From Podarcis melisellensis (Eukaryota), in NCBI GenBank assembly GCA_964234715.1, contig OZ174280.1: a stretch of 64,000 nucleotides of DNA, one strand, 5' to 3'. The notes under the pieces are model-generated. The model saw nothing but the letters and a program-made list of their open reading frames with translations. It was not told where the DNA came from and made no database searches. The position numbers and the translations under genes are program-made. Positions 49,491-63,177 of this stretch are shown here, piece by piece; the first letter of the stretch is position 1; every line of letters begins with the position of its first letter.

Positions 49491-50050
49491 CTTCAGGGGA
49501 AGAGAGAGAAGGCATCCTTAGCAAGCCTGTGATAGCACTGACATTTTAAGACATGCCTTTAAGTGCACAATATATATACACACTGTAATTGTGAGAATGT
49601 TACCTTGCCAGGCTGGGCAGAGGTCTTCCATCTTCATTATAGTGCCAAAGAGTCAACTGCCGTATGTGAAGCTAGTATGAGCATGACAGCTTGAAAGGCC
49701 CTCCATCATTTTCCCTTAGGCAGCTACAACCTGAACAGTGCCACATTCTAGATCAGGGGTATGGAGCTGGATCCACACACACCCGAGGGACAAGTTTGGC
49801 AGGTGGGTATCAGTCCCTTCAGGTCACATGACATTCGGTGACCTATTTTCGCCCACACAGTTTGAAATCAAACCATGTGGGCAAAAACAGAAAAGTGTAT
49901 GCCAATCAGCTAACTGTTATACTTGGGAAGTGCTGAGCAGGGGAAATGAGCTGATAAATGGTGCCTGCAAATCCCATACTAAAAATTATATAAATAAAAT
50001 ACACTTATATAAGTCTGCATAATTTATTCTAGATTAAAATTACGGAATTA

Positions 50051-50347
<297 letters not shown>

Positions 50348-50597
50348 TTAGCAGCATGGCAAGATGGTGCAAGCAGCACAGCAACTCCAAAAGACTACCC
50401 AAAATGCAGCACACTGATTTTAGAAGTTTCGGGTAAGCTAAATAGCTTGAGTCACCAGGAACTATACCTTGTACTTAGTTCAATTTCGTTATCCATTTAG
50501 GCTCAATAGTCCTCAGCTTGCTACATTTGGATCTTCCTTCTCAGACCTGCATAACTCCACTTGAACAAGATCATCTTTTGTCCTTGATACACATTAC

Positions 50598-50673
50598 CTG
50601 TAGTAAAGGTTTTCCCACAGCTTGAGAAGTCACATCTGTATGGACGATCACCTGTATGAACCCGCTCATGCAC
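50598..50673 (-). CDS. ZNF76: ZNF76 exon 7 ([25 protein letters not shown])
   Basis: tcacag| / |gtaatg; 76 bp. Confidence 0.94.
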
Positions 50674-51238
50674 CTGTGAAGACAGCGAAGGCTCAGGTGA
50701 ACTGAATGGGGCGATTCCAATTTGGAATATTTATCTTTAATTATTTCATAAAATGTATACACCACTTGACTGAAAAAACCTAAGCTGTTTACAAAAAGGT
50801 GAAACAAGAAAAACAGGGGGGAAATACAGCATTACCTTAAAACGTACAAAAAGTGAAAATACTAAAACGGATTAAAATTTAAAATATAGAGGCTGAGAAG
50901 AGGTTTGTACCCAGGCTCTCTTTGGCATCACTGCATCAGATCCAGCCTCTTAAAAACTATTCCAAAAGAATATTTTTTTAAAGCTTGCACTGGTGAATTA
51001 CTGTCTCTTCCACAGCATCAATGGTTTCCCATTATAGGTACAGCAGAGCTTTTAATAATAATAATAATAATAAATTTTATTTATATCCCGCCCTCCCCAG
51101 CCAAAGCCGGGCTCAGGGCGGCTAACAAAAATAAAACAGTACAAAAGCACAGTACAAACAACACTCTAAAATCATTCATTATAAAATTGATTTTAGTCCT
51201 CTAAAAGGCAACATTGTGAGCTTACGACGATGACTTAC

Positions 51239-51355
51239 CTTCAAATGATGAGATGTGGTAAAGAGGCGGCTACAACCACTGTGACCACAGCGGTAAACTC
51301 TATCAGGAACCTTTGGTTCCTTCCCATTGCTCTCCACTTCCTCCTCGTGGAAGCC
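51239..51355 (-). CDS. ZNF76: ZNF76 exon 6 (GFHEEEVESNGKEPKVPDRVYRCGHSGCSRLFTTSHHLK), finger 1
   Basis: ggcag| / |gtaagt; 117 bp. Confidence 0.9.
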
Positions 51356-51650
51356 CTGCCAAGCAACATAAAGAAGAAGTTAAGCTTGAAGAAGTCTTGC
51401 AAGTCACCATTCCATCTGCTACGAACACACATACTCTCAAAGTGGAGTCATGTCACCAGGACAAGGAGAATTGATGCGGCGAGTGCCAGATATTGGGGGC
51501 CAATGCTGATGGAGAGGCAAAATATAAATGCTTCAAATAAATACATTTAGTACTTTTATATCATTCTAGAAACTTGGTATTTCATTCTGTTTGCAGAATC
51601 ACAAAGCAGGATGATTTGAATCTTCCACAGAAGCAGAATAATATCCTCAC

Positions 51651-51853
51651 CTTACTGGCATAGTCTTTGAGGGCAGTAATGGAATCAAGTTCAAAGGAAT
51701 CATCTTTCTCTCCTACAGCCAATTCCTCCAGTCCCACATCTGCTTGCACTGTCAGTGTGGTGCTGCCCACTGACAGGGAGACAGGGCGATGAATGAAAGC
51801 TGTGGATCCATCTTCCAGCTGGATTGCTTCTAAGGTGTTGGGGTCATAACCCT
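51651..51853 (-). CDS. ZNF76: ZNF76 exon 5 (EGYDPNTLEAIQLEDGSTAFIHRP...ALKDYASK)
   Basis: ctccag| / |gtgagg; 203 bp, phase 1-0. Confidence 0.92.
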
Positions 51854-53065
51854 CTGGAGGGGACCACAAACACTGTAGTAGCACATGTCAGCTCTAATTG
51901 CTACTTATCTACCTCTTGATCATTTAGAGCTGGCAAAAAGATGAAGAGTTAAAAGCATCAATGGCAAAATCTTCACAGCAGTTCAAAATTCAATCATTGC
52001 AAACACCAATAGAATCCAACTCTATTTATGGCTGAAAATTGCAACATGAAACACATTCCACAATCAAAAGATGTGTGGAATCATTATACAATCACCACAG
52101 AATGATTTCCACACATCCTTGAATTGTTTGCAGAGCAATAAGGAACAATCTACTTGCTTGGTAGTTATTTGTCAATCTGGATAGGACGATTTTGTATGGC
52201 TACAGGGAAAGGATTTGATAAGATACTGAAACAGAACACATTCCCTGTTACCAAACCATACTGTGAAGCATCAAGAGTGAGTGATATGCTCAAGCACTTG
52301 CCCTTCCAACTCTTAACAGAAAGTTACCTAGTTTCCTTAAACCACCATTTACCATGACATCCAAACCAGTCAAGGGTAGTCTTCAATTATCTCTCCAAAT
52401 CAGGATTGATCCTGAGAGAGGGGAGAAGAGAGCTCTTGAGCCGACTCTTTCTCTTCTCCAACTCAAGGTTTGGCAGTGATGCAAAGAGCCACACCATCTC
52501 TCTGCACATCTGATTCCCCCCCTGAGAGTTTCCTTCAGAGCTCTCTTTTTTCATCACTAACCTGAATTGTTTTATGACTTGACTCAGGGTGAAGTAACAA
52601 TAAATATTCTAAGTCACAGAGGTATAAGTTTAAAAAGGCTATGGGAGGAATTCAGTGTCGCAGTATTATGACCGTTCTGTTAGCACAAGCATTTCTGCTT
52701 CCCAAACAGCATGAGCTCCCATCTCCTCCCCCCATGCACTGTTCTGAAGTTTTCCCAAACCCCCAGAGACAACTGGGAGGCATATGGGGAGGATGAAGCC
52801 CCATTGTGCTAGTGGGACTTGTTGCACTGGCTCCTGCTAGTGCAACAATTTAGTTGAGTCCAGCCCAATAGCTACACACACAGCTGTGATCACATTTATT
52901 AGAGCACTGGGTTGCATTCAACTAAGTTATACTCAGAGTTGATGCACTGAAATGAATTAACTGATGTTAGTAATATTTATTACCTTTAATCAAGCGACTC
53001 GTTATCATTGAATACTACCCACTGTGTACGAATTATTTTACCTAGTATGTGGAAAGGAAGGTTAC

Positions 53066-53143
53066 CTTGCGGAGCATGATGTATAAAAGCCATAGTGCCG
53101 TCTTCCAACGCTACTGGCTGACCATCTTCAAATGTGATGGACT
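53066..53143 (-). CDS. ZNF76: ZNF76 exon 4 (ESITFEDGQPVALEDGTMAFIHHAPQ)
   Basis: ctgtag| / |gtaacc; 78 bp. Confidence 0.93.
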
Positions 53144-54316
53144 CTACAGAACAAATCAGAACATACACAAAAATAAAACCCATGCATCGTAAGGTTGTTA
53201 CGCAACAGAAAGTTAGCAAAGCTGACTTGACAAGAACAACTCAAGAATTCTAGCCATGGTTTGCTCAAAGGCCTACAGGGCCCTTGCTCTATAATCCTTG
53301 AAGAGAAGCCAGTCCATGTCAGTTCAATGACACGAGTGGGAAAAAAATAATTGCATAAAAAGGCAGCAATGCAGCCTATTATCACAGCTAGTATTCAATG
53401 CTCCTTCCACTGCAAAGCTTCTTCCATGTGATGAATGATGACACCAGGGAGAGGAACCTTTCTCCCTTCTTTACAACATGACTACATGCAAAGTATCAGT
53501 TTTTACATGGAGGTGTAAGAATAGATTGTTGGATCAGGTCAATGCCTCATCTAATCCAGCATTATGTTATCACAGTGGCCAACCAGGTGTCAATGGGAAG
53601 CCTACAAGCAGGATGTGAAAACAAGACCACTCGCTCCTTCAATTTCCAGCAACTGGCATTCAGAAGCCTCCTGCCTTCTGAGCATTAAAGGAAAACGACA
53701 CACAGCTTCCAACCAGAATTAGTACAGTCCAGATTTCTACAAGCTGAAATCTACAGCCTGTCTACCTCATGATGTGTAACATGGGTCTCAGATAAGAAAT
53801 TCGGAGTATTTAAGTTGTGATGTATATTCGATTAAACTTAACAGCTCAATTCTATGCATGTTTTCTCGTGGAAACAATGGTATGTACCCCCATGACAGTA
53901 TGAATAGGATTGCAAGTCAAGGCACACCAAAATGGGAGTTAGCCCACTGAACTCAATGAATCTCAGTTCTAAGTAACCATGAACAGGATTGCAAAGCAAT
54001 GCTACAGCAGCTTACACACAAAATATTATTCTTGCGGAAGATTAGTGTCAAGCAGGTCCAAAACAGATGCCCTTAGGCAAATTTACTCATTAGCAGCCCT
54101 GTTAAAATCCAGCACATTTTATCTGCTCTACATGAGTGTGTGCCTCCTGCTGATTTACAGTTTCTACCTGAAATATGCATCTCTAACTGTGAGAAGTGCA
54201 CTACCGCTTGGTGCAAATTTCACAAGAGGTTGAACTCATAGAGAAAACTGCAAACAGAAAAAAGCAGTGAAAGCTCCCCAAATTTCTGAAGTAGGTATAC
54301 ATCTATTACTCCTAAC

Positions 54317-54397
54317 CTTTCTGCAATGTTACTTGTTGGACAAAAGCTGTGGATCCATCTTCAAGTTCAATCACTTGCCCTTCAATTAACTTCTCTC
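54317..54397 (-). CDS. ZNF76: ZNF76 exon 3 (GEKLIEGQVIELEDGSTAFVQQVTLQK)
   Basis: tttcag| / |gttagg; 81 bp. Confidence 0.93.
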
Positions 54398-54933
54398 CTG
54401 AAACAGATGACAAGAGAATTTGTTATAGCATTGAAAAAGCCCTCCAGGTTAACAAGATTCAACATGTTCACCCAGGCTCACCTGACAATCTCTTATCAAG
54501 GAAAATAATTACAAAGCAAAGTGCTTTTCGGAAGCTCAGTCTTTGCATGTTTACTCAGAAGCAAGGTAATTTCAAAAGCAACATGAATTGAACTGCAGCC
54601 TCACAGTGCAATCTAAGTATATTGTCTCAGAAATAAGTCTTAATGAGTTATATGAGACTTATGCCCAGGTATGTATATATAAAACTGCAACCATGGCCAA
54701 TATCTACCTACATTATAAGATATTTGGGTACAAGAATTGGCATGTCAGTAACTATAGAAAAACCCAAACATTTTTGTCCACTATAATTTTGTCCAACAAA
54801 ATATTTTAACCTAGTGTATATGTCCAAATATCTTCCTGCATGTGTAGTGCTTTGAACATTAATCATATGGTTGGATCAGTCCCAATCTCACCAACCACAA
54901 GAAGGCAGCCACTACAGCACCAAAGTTACTCAC

Positions 54934-55006
54934 CATTAGCATCTTGCTGAACATAGGCTGTTGTTCCATCAGAAAGGGTCATTGCCTGTAAGCCAAAGCT
55001 CTCCAT
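54934..55006 (-). CDS. ZNF76: ZNF76 first coding exon (MESFGLQAMTLSDGTTAYVQQDAN); exon probably begins at 55069
   Basis: gcaATGg start, |gtgagt donor, 73 coding bp; ttttag| acceptor at 55070-55072. Confidence 0.92.
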
Positions 55007-56499
55007 TGCGCTCTGGTGGTGGCTCCTTAGACATGTATTCCACATATAAGATGGTTCTCCATGTTAGAACTAAAACATAAACAGCAAGTTATATATAAAC
55101 TTCTTCTTCACATTTATATAAAAAGTAATCCGAGTAGAATTCTTTGGACAGGATTTGTAAGTCTACCAAAGGCTATTCATCATGACAAATCTCCATGTTC
55201 GGATACAGCCTACCTCTGATACGGGTCAAATAACAGGGGAGTACTGTTGGCTTCATGTCCTACTTGTAGTTTCCCCCAAAGATATCTGGCTGGCCAATGT
55301 TGTAAACATGAGACTGCAGCTTTACTGACTTGTCAAAATCTCTTGGTCCATAAACTGGCACAACTACACCCTTAGACCCATGAAAGACAATAATTGCATA
55401 GGACCAACTTCAGTCTGGAGTGATGAACTGGCAGTCTGCATACAGAATCTGGTCAGTTAAGCCATTTCAACTACCCCCACACCTCCTGTGGTGAAACCTT
55501 TGGTATACAACTGGAAGAAACTGGGGCTAGCATTGCAAGTAGTCTCCTTTCTGTTACTGTTCCATAATTTGGGACACAAAAAGCTGCCTTATAGAGTCTG
55601 ACAATCTCGCTCTGGATTTCTAAATTGACTGGCAGTGGTTCTCCATGGGTTTCAGGGGCTGAGGTCTTTCCCAGGCCTATATGGTGATGCCATATATTGA
55701 ATGAACCTGGGACATTCTGCATGATCTGCCATGGAGCTACAAAAACCTTTTTTTTTTTTTTTTTTTGCTCTTTATACATTTGTGTTCCTCTCCCCTTTCC
55801 TGTTGCCAGGAAAATAACTGGCATTTGCTAAGTAGCCTCCTGAAGGGCATCATTCCATATTTTTTGCTTAAACATACAATAGGATCAACAGAACTTGAAA
55901 TGAAGCTTTACTTTTTTGTGAAAAGCTTTAGGAAAGAGGGAAATGACAGAACTGATTTGGTGAATTCTGTTGACCAATGTATTCTCTAAAATTTTACTAG
56001 CAGGGCTCTTGTGGTACAAATGGTATTGTACATTAACAGACCAATGGTTATAGATGAGGGTTCAGCAACCAAACCTAAAACACGGTTGAAGTGTTAGCAT
56101 TTGGATTGAAGAGATATACTGGGGCTCCACGTAGGTGAGGGATGCTGAACTGGGAGAGATTTTACCAATCGGGAAAGGAGCTGGGAGGTATTCCACAGAA
56201 AACCATCTGTGGTCATTTTTTTCTTTTCCTGGCCATACATTTTACCAGCACGCAGCACGCTTGATGGAAAATGATCAGGTCACTTCATCTCTGCTTGCAC
56301 GCAAGAGCCCTCCCAGAAAAGGGAGCCACAGAATGGTAGAGTTGGAAAGGGGTCCCGAACGCCATCTACAGTCCCCTCCATGGAGAAAGAGCTCCTCTGA
56401 TTTAGGCAGGCAGAAACCCAACAGGTACAGCTTCCCCACACAGTCGGGGAGATCTCCACTCGAATTTCTGCCTGCCAAGCAGCTGTTGCAAGGCGTCCG

Positions 56500-57160
56500 G
56501 GAAGGGAAAAAAAGAAAGCGGGGCAGGAATCTGAGGGGTAAGTCGTGCAAAAAAGGAGGGCTCTGGGACATAGGAGGGGGCAATGGGGGCCCTGCTGGTG
56601 GAGGGGACCCGGGGGCGCCCCCTCTTTCTCTCCCAGGGTGCAGCGTATCGGCGGAGCAGATGGAAATCCACCCCCCCCCCCACCATGAGCATCTCCCCAT
56701 CTCCTCCCTGCCGGCACCGACCTGTTGAGGGCCGAGTCCGCCGCCTGACCGCCATGCACCAGGCTCGCCCGCAGCCACCTGCCCTGCAACCTGTATGACG
56801 AAGCTTTATCCAGCTTCCCCAACCTGCTCGTCGTTTTTGTTATCCAGGTTCCGGGGCTCCGCCAAGGTCGCTTCCAAATCCCGGAAAAGGAAAGCAAAGA
56901 CTCCACGGTGCTTGCTAGTGCGCATGCCCCGGATTCTTCGGCATGCGCAGATATCCCGGCGAAGCATCTGCCCTTCCTTCTATTTATATACCCACCTTTG
57001 CAGGTGCGACCAAAACAAAGTACTGTATGCCTCGAAAGGAAGCGAAGTCGTGGGCGAGCGGCTCCCTCTGCTGGCCACGTGGCGAAACCACAGATCGAGT
57101 TCCTGTGTCTTGGTAACGGCAAGAATCGCACAGCGGACACCACACCGGAAATTTGCTCTT
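56500..57160 (-). promoter_or_regulatory. ZNF76 CpG-island promoter / non-coding exon 1 (candidate donor CAG|gtcggt at 56722)
   Basis: CpG-rich; two NRF1-like TGCGCATGCC sites (56919-56928, 56940-56949), ETS CCGGAA (56881, 57145), E-box CACGTG (57075-57080). Confidence 0.7.
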
Positions 57161-57756
57161 GTGATTTTATTTTCAATTAGTTCACATCATATGGTGGGAA
57201 GTGGTATTAAAGGAGAAATTATTGAAGAGGCATTTGCCATTTCACATTTTAATGCCCATTCACCTGATTTGGTGAAGATGCCGCTGGATTAGCTCATAAT
57301 TCCTTTCTTGTTTTTACCACCCTGAATTATTTGGTGCGGTCAGGAAGTTTTACCACCTCAGCGCTCAGCCCTGGGCTTAGTTTTAAGATAGTGATTGTGT
57401 TGCAAAGAAATCTTCTTCAAGCCACAAAGTATTTTTGTTGGAAAAATTCGATTTTCCTTCCCAAATGACATTTATTTTTTGAGAGAGCTATATGGTGGAC
57501 TCTAAGCAGTCAAGCTTGAGCTGAGATTCCTGCATTGCAGAGGGTTGGCCTAGATTACCCTTCGGGGTCCTTTCGAACTACAATTCTAAGTGCCATGGGC
57601 ACTCATGAGATAAGTGCCACTGGTGACAAGTGGCTCTACTCCCCTCCCTTTCCATGCATGTACTGTTTTGTGTACCTTTTAGGACTCATTTATTCTACTG
57701 AAAGAAGCACTTTCCTCACTGTAAACCTCACTACAAACCACTTGTAGTGTCTTAAC

Positions 57757-58006
57757 CAGGGGTCAGCAAACTTTTTCAGCAGGGGGCCAGTCCACTGTCC
57801 CTCAAACCTGGGGCGGGGGGCGGACTATATTCTGAAGGGAAAAAATGAACGAATTCCTATGCCCCACAAATAACCCAGAGATGCATTTAAAATAAAAGGA
57901 CACATTCTACTCATGAAAAAACACTGATTCCAGGACCGTCCAATGGCCAGATTGATAAGGCGATTGGGCCGCATCCGGCCCCTGGGCCTTAGTTTGCCTA
58001 CTCATG
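57757..58006. mobile_element. hAT (Charlie-like) MITE
   Basis: CAGGGGTCAGCAAACT...AGTTTGCCTACTCATG, perfect TSD GTCTTAAC. Confidence 0.85.
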
Positions 58007-58540
58007 GTCTTAACAGTGCTACCATTTCACTGCACACAGAGTATTCAAAAAGATCAGGCACAGCTTAAAAGAATTCTCAGCATGTTCCACCTTTTCAAGT
58101 TAGGGAGTGCTCTGTTGAGGGTACCAGAACCAAGAGCCCCTGCCCCCCCAAATCCTGGAGACAGCTCTGATTAAAGTGGTGGAGCTCTTCTCCAGCTCTT
58201 TAAATGAACCCTGTGCCAAGCATTAGAAAAACCATCTTTCTCTTCCACACACAGCCCTATTGTTTCCCCATACCTTTTATTTTATTTATTTTTCTTGCTG
58301 GCTACTAGTCATGATGGCTATATGGTACATCCAGGATCACTGGCGGGATTCCTCTAAATGCCAGCTGCTGCGGAACATTGCAGGATAGGGCTACAACTCC
58401 CTTGACCTGCTTGTGCCACTGCAAGGCACAGGATGTTGGGAAATGGGAAAATAAATTAAGAAGATGGGCAAAAATTCTCAGAGAGGCACATGGGGGTGGG
58501 AAGGGAAAAATACAAAAGAAAAAGGCTTCTTTAGCTAGAG

Positions 58541-58677
58541 CAGACTTCCTCAACCTCAGCCCTCCTGATGTTTTTGGCCTACAACTCCCATGATCCCTAT
58601 CTAAGCAGGACCAGTGGTCAGGGATGATGGGAATTGTAGTCTCAAAACATCTGGAGGGCTGGATTTGAGGAAGCCTG
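58541..58677. mobile_element. Palindromic hAT MITE, same family
   Basis: Same body as 48123-48259; TSD AGCTAGAG/AGCAAGAG. Confidence 0.87.
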
Positions 58678-59229
58678 AGCAAGAGCCTCCTGAGGTCATC
58701 TTAGCTGTGCAACTCCTTTGACATGACAAAGAAGAAAGTGATGTCTGCAATTTCCAGCTGACTTGCCAGACACTGCCTCCAATTTTTGACTGGCTCTGCC
58801 CCTACACCATTTTGTGGCAAGCGAGCCTCAGGCATTTTCAGCTGTCTCAGGTGAACACTGGGAATAGAAAGTTGAAGAATCCCTTCTCCATAACATCTAG
58901 TTTCACCCTTTTATTCTTTTAGTGATAGGGACCATTAGTTGCTAAAAATACTGGCAAATGTTTCATTTCTCCAAAGATTGTAGTAGTGCTTTTGTGGATG
59001 ATTGGTGTGTGTATATGCTGCCCATCAAAAAGCCAGACATCAGCTGTGTCTGTGGACTGCCTGCCACTAATCAAAGTATACTAGCAGGATCAGCACTACA
59101 TGCAAGGACAGCAACAACAATGTGCAAGCAACAGTACTGTAATTCTAAGCACCTATCCTAACAGGATCCATTCTGGGTATGGTCCTCTTTGCTATTAGCC
59201 CAAGTTTTAAAGCAAACTAAGGTTCCCTT

Positions 59230-59310
59230 GGCCAGTAAAGTGAGATGAGCACCACAACCCCAGAGTCGTTCACGACTGGACTAAACTGTCAGGGGTCCTT
59301 TACCTTTTTA
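59230..59310 (+). mobile_element. Sauria SINE 3' fragment
   Basis: GAGATGAGCACCACAACCCCAGAGTC...GGGGTCCTTTACCTTT. Confidence 0.7.
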
Positions 59311-59572
59311 AGGCTTTATTTTACTTCATCTGGCATAATTATGGGCCATACCAAAATACTCATTTTTTTGAGGTTTTGAAGCTCAAAGAACTCTTGGTGT
59401 CTTACAGCCTTATACTGTAGTGCCAAAATCAGTCAGTTTCCAGAGGGGAATGAAAGAGAGAGAAAGGAACAGAACAAAACTCCAAGCAGTAGCAATGCTA
59501 TGAATTTGGAATTTACAAATAACAGCAGTGGAAAGCACTTCTGAAAGATCAACACAACACCAAGAAATTCCA

Positions 59573-59578
59573 TTTAAT
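59573..59578 (-). terminator. Probable SCUBE3 polyadenylation signal ATTAAA (3'UTR ~2.7 kb)
   Basis: ATTAAA followed by GT-rich TTGGTGTTGTGTTG; region 59.55-62.3 kb lacks recognisable transposons, as expected for a UTR. Confidence 0.55.
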
Positions 59579-62309
59579 AATTAAAAAAAGACAATATGAA
59601 ATGCAAACTTTTCTTTTTACAAGTTCAGATACAATTTCTTTTATCAAGTGCAAATAACTTTATGGACTACACCTTTTTCATCATTTAATCATTACTTTAT
59701 AGGAGATACTGGACTGTGGATTACTGCACAATGCAATTATAAATATTTCAGCTTTGTTGTTTTAAATTGTTATATTTCCTATGTTGAGATGGAATTTTCA
59801 GCTTTTCAAACCTTTAGATTTTCTACATTTCATTAAGGATAGAATGGAAAAGCAAGGGATCTAGCTAGAAGGAAAGCAGGTAGAATTTCTAAGCCAAATT
59901 CAATACAAGTTTTTCCTTCAGAGCTGGCCCTGTACTTTTGCCTACAGTAAGCAATTGGACTTGAGCATCTCTCCCTCCCCTCCCCAGATAAACAAATGCT
60001 TATATGCCGTAAGAAATTGCTGAATATGATGACATCAGAGCCAGATATGAATTCTTAGGTGTTACTATGATGCCATATGTCCTGCTGAAGTACTGCAAAA
60101 ATGTTCACATCAGAGGCAATTCAACTTCAATGCTGAGATGATTAGAGTAAATTTAATGGGGCAAATTCCGATTCTGGATCCAAAAGAGAAGAAAAGCAAA
60201 CTATTAACACTCAGGCAGAAAAGCTTCAGTACCACTACAGGAAACAGAGATGATCTGATCCAAGTGCAGCCTTGCAGCTTTTTAAGACACATTTCCAATT
60301 GTTAGTTTCAGGTCATGGCTCAGAGAAGGCAACAATTTCACCCATAGAAGTTGGGATTTCATCACTAGTATTTGCACTGGATTATGGATCAGTGACTGAC
60401 AAGCGACCTTACATAGGGAAGAATTAAACTGACAATGGCATACTTCAGTTTTCAAGTTAGGGCTCACTACAGCTCATCTCAAAACCAGAGTTCAGTGCTG
60501 AACTCAGGCTTTGAAAAAGGGAAGACTACAGTACCTCTGAGCAGGGGCAGAGAGCACCCCCTTCTCACTGAGAATTCATGGCTACAGCTCTGAGTTTAGG
60601 GGAAAGAGCCTTCAGGTGGACGATGCAAATTCCCAGGAAACTTGAGCCCCAGCGCCTCTTGAGAAATAAGAGCTTACTGAAACATTCAGAAAATGAACTA
60701 TACCACCTCAATATCTAAATGGGGACCCTCGGGTTCAAATATATCAAAACCTCCCTGCCCGTGCAAAGCTAACTTGTCAGAAAGAGTGAAGGTTAGATGA
60801 CACTTTGAAAATTCTAGAAGACTTTAATACAGGGATGCATTCCAATATGTGATCCCTAATATGCATTCTTGATATTGAATTGAATTTACTCTCAAGAGCT
60901 GCTTGTGGCCAAAAGGTAATTTCCAAGTCACTAGAAAAATTCTGCGCAAGTCCCGTGTCCCTTTCATTGGTTACAGGATAATCAAGGAGCATTTGATCTT
61001 CAGGATTTACACTGGAATTTACTGTGGTGAGGAAAAAGAAAAGATTCCAAGAGCTGAAAACTTACGTCACATTTAGTCACCATTTCCCCAAATCCTTGTC
61101 TGTATTCATTTCTGTTTCATTTTAACACATGCACACACACAAACACACACACATTCTCTTTTCTCAGGCAGGTATAAATATTGTAGTTTCTAGGAGAAAA
61201 AAAAACTTCCCTCTAAATAATATAAAGACAACTCAAAAATGATTGCACTTAATAATATGAAAAAGGTAGAAAGGAGAACGTCCTAGTGCACAAACATTCA
61301 CTCACTCCTGCCCTTCACACTGCTTGCTTTTTTTTTGTCATTGAGTTACTCTTTGGCAGAGCTTATAAGAAGTCTGATCTCTCAGCACCAGTCTCCATGG
61401 GGGAGAAATCACATTGGAAAGTCTCACTTTTTATCATGTTTTCTTCCCCTTTTTCCAGACATCATTCCATGTGAGATTGTGGCTAGGCCAATGTTTTCTC
61501 TGAATGCAAAAAGTCAAGACTCCGTCACGAAAAGATGCTCTTAAGTCACCAAACTTGCCATCACGAACATGGGCGATTTACTTTCACACTTCTGTGATAC
61601 GTCTTTTTCTTTTACATGATCTTCCTCCCCACAACTTTTACGCTTTATTTTGTCTGATCCTCTCTGCAAGACTGTGCTTGGTTTATTTTTCTCTTTTAAA
61701 AACTCCCCAACAGTCTGATAAATAAGGCATAACCTTCCGCATTCTGGCTGTCCTTTGCCCCCAATTCTTTACGAAAGAGTTCAGCTGGACTGGTTCCGCT
61801 GCTTAGAAGCTGCTCAATGTCTCCCCGTTTCTTCTGTGTCCCAGGAGTGGAGCATGATATGGTAGCAGGGGTTGTTTCTATCTAGAAGCAGACAATCGTG
61901 TGCAGAGAGATGTACAAACAGCCTCTTTGGCAACTGCCTTGCAGCAGAAGGGGCCGTACATAATTTGCATATATGGGAGAAGGCGGAAACGGCCCTGGAG
62001 TTACAGGTCCCAGTAGAGGCCACTTGTGAAGAGTGTATCACTTACTGGGATATGTGAATTCCATGGGCTGAGGCTCCAGTATGGAAAGCGCAGGGGATGG
62101 TTGCCAGCTGCTTCTTCCAAGGGCAATGTCATCAGTGAATTTGGTTTGGAGAAAAGCCAAGGGAAGACCAATGGTTAGAGTCATCTGCATAGTGAGAAAA
62201 TGGGGTTTGTATTTGTAGGAAAAAGTCATTGAAAAATAAGAATTAAGTGTAAGAAAAAGTTTTCTTGGCTGTCGAGGAGCCTGGAAGGCTGGTGAAAAGT
62301 GCCACAAGG

Positions 62310-62570
<261 letters not shown>

Positions 62571-62605
62571 TCAATCATTGCTCTCCCACTATAGGGATTA
62601 GAATC

Positions 62606-62850
62606 CAGTCGTACCTTGGAAGTCAAACGGAATCCGTTCCGGAAGTACGTTTGACTTCCAAAATGTTTGGAAACCAAAGTGAGGCTTCTGATTGGCTGCA
62701 GGAAGCTCCTGCAGCCAATCAGAAGCCACGGGAGCCCTGTTAGACGTTTGGCTTCCAAAAATAGTTTGCAAACCGGAACAGTCACGTCCGGGTTTGCAGC
62801 GTACGGGAGCCAAAACATTCAAGAACTGTTCAAAAACCAAGGTATGACTG
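62606..62850. mobile_element. Tc1/mariner MITE in SCUBE3 last intron
   Basis: TIR CAGTCGTACCTTGG / CCAAGGTATGACTG-TA; internal palindrome; related half copy at ~26888-27028. Confidence 0.82.
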
Positions 62851-63097
62851 TAGATGGCTTTTGAGGGACCTATGGCCTTTAAAGTGCACATGTAACATAA
62901 TGTGTAGTTGGCCCTTTATGTCATCAATTCAATGTTTCCCCACCCTCTGCAAGGAGCTCTCCAAGGACAAGTCACATAATCGTTCCTAGTCCTGCCTGGG
63001 ATCCTTTTTCAAGGGGAGATGCCTGGGCATGAATTTGGAATCATATGCATGCTAAGCACATGCTCTATCACCCCAGTAACATGAAAAGCAGCCTCAC

Positions 63098-63177
63098 CTT
63101 CAGTATTTCCTGATGGTTTTCAGAAGCATATAGCCTGCCATCCCGTACAATATCCTCCACAAGCTGTTCATAATCCT
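63098..63177 (-). CDS. SCUBE3: SCUBE3 penultimate exon ([27 protein letters not shown])
   Basis: tgtag| / |gtgagg; 80 bp; conserved SCUBE C-terminal sequence after the CUB domain. Confidence 0.93.

Noticed and set aside
56135-57292. ORFs up to 298 aa at the ZNF76 promoter
   Set aside because: GC-rich promoter artefacts with no recognisable domain.
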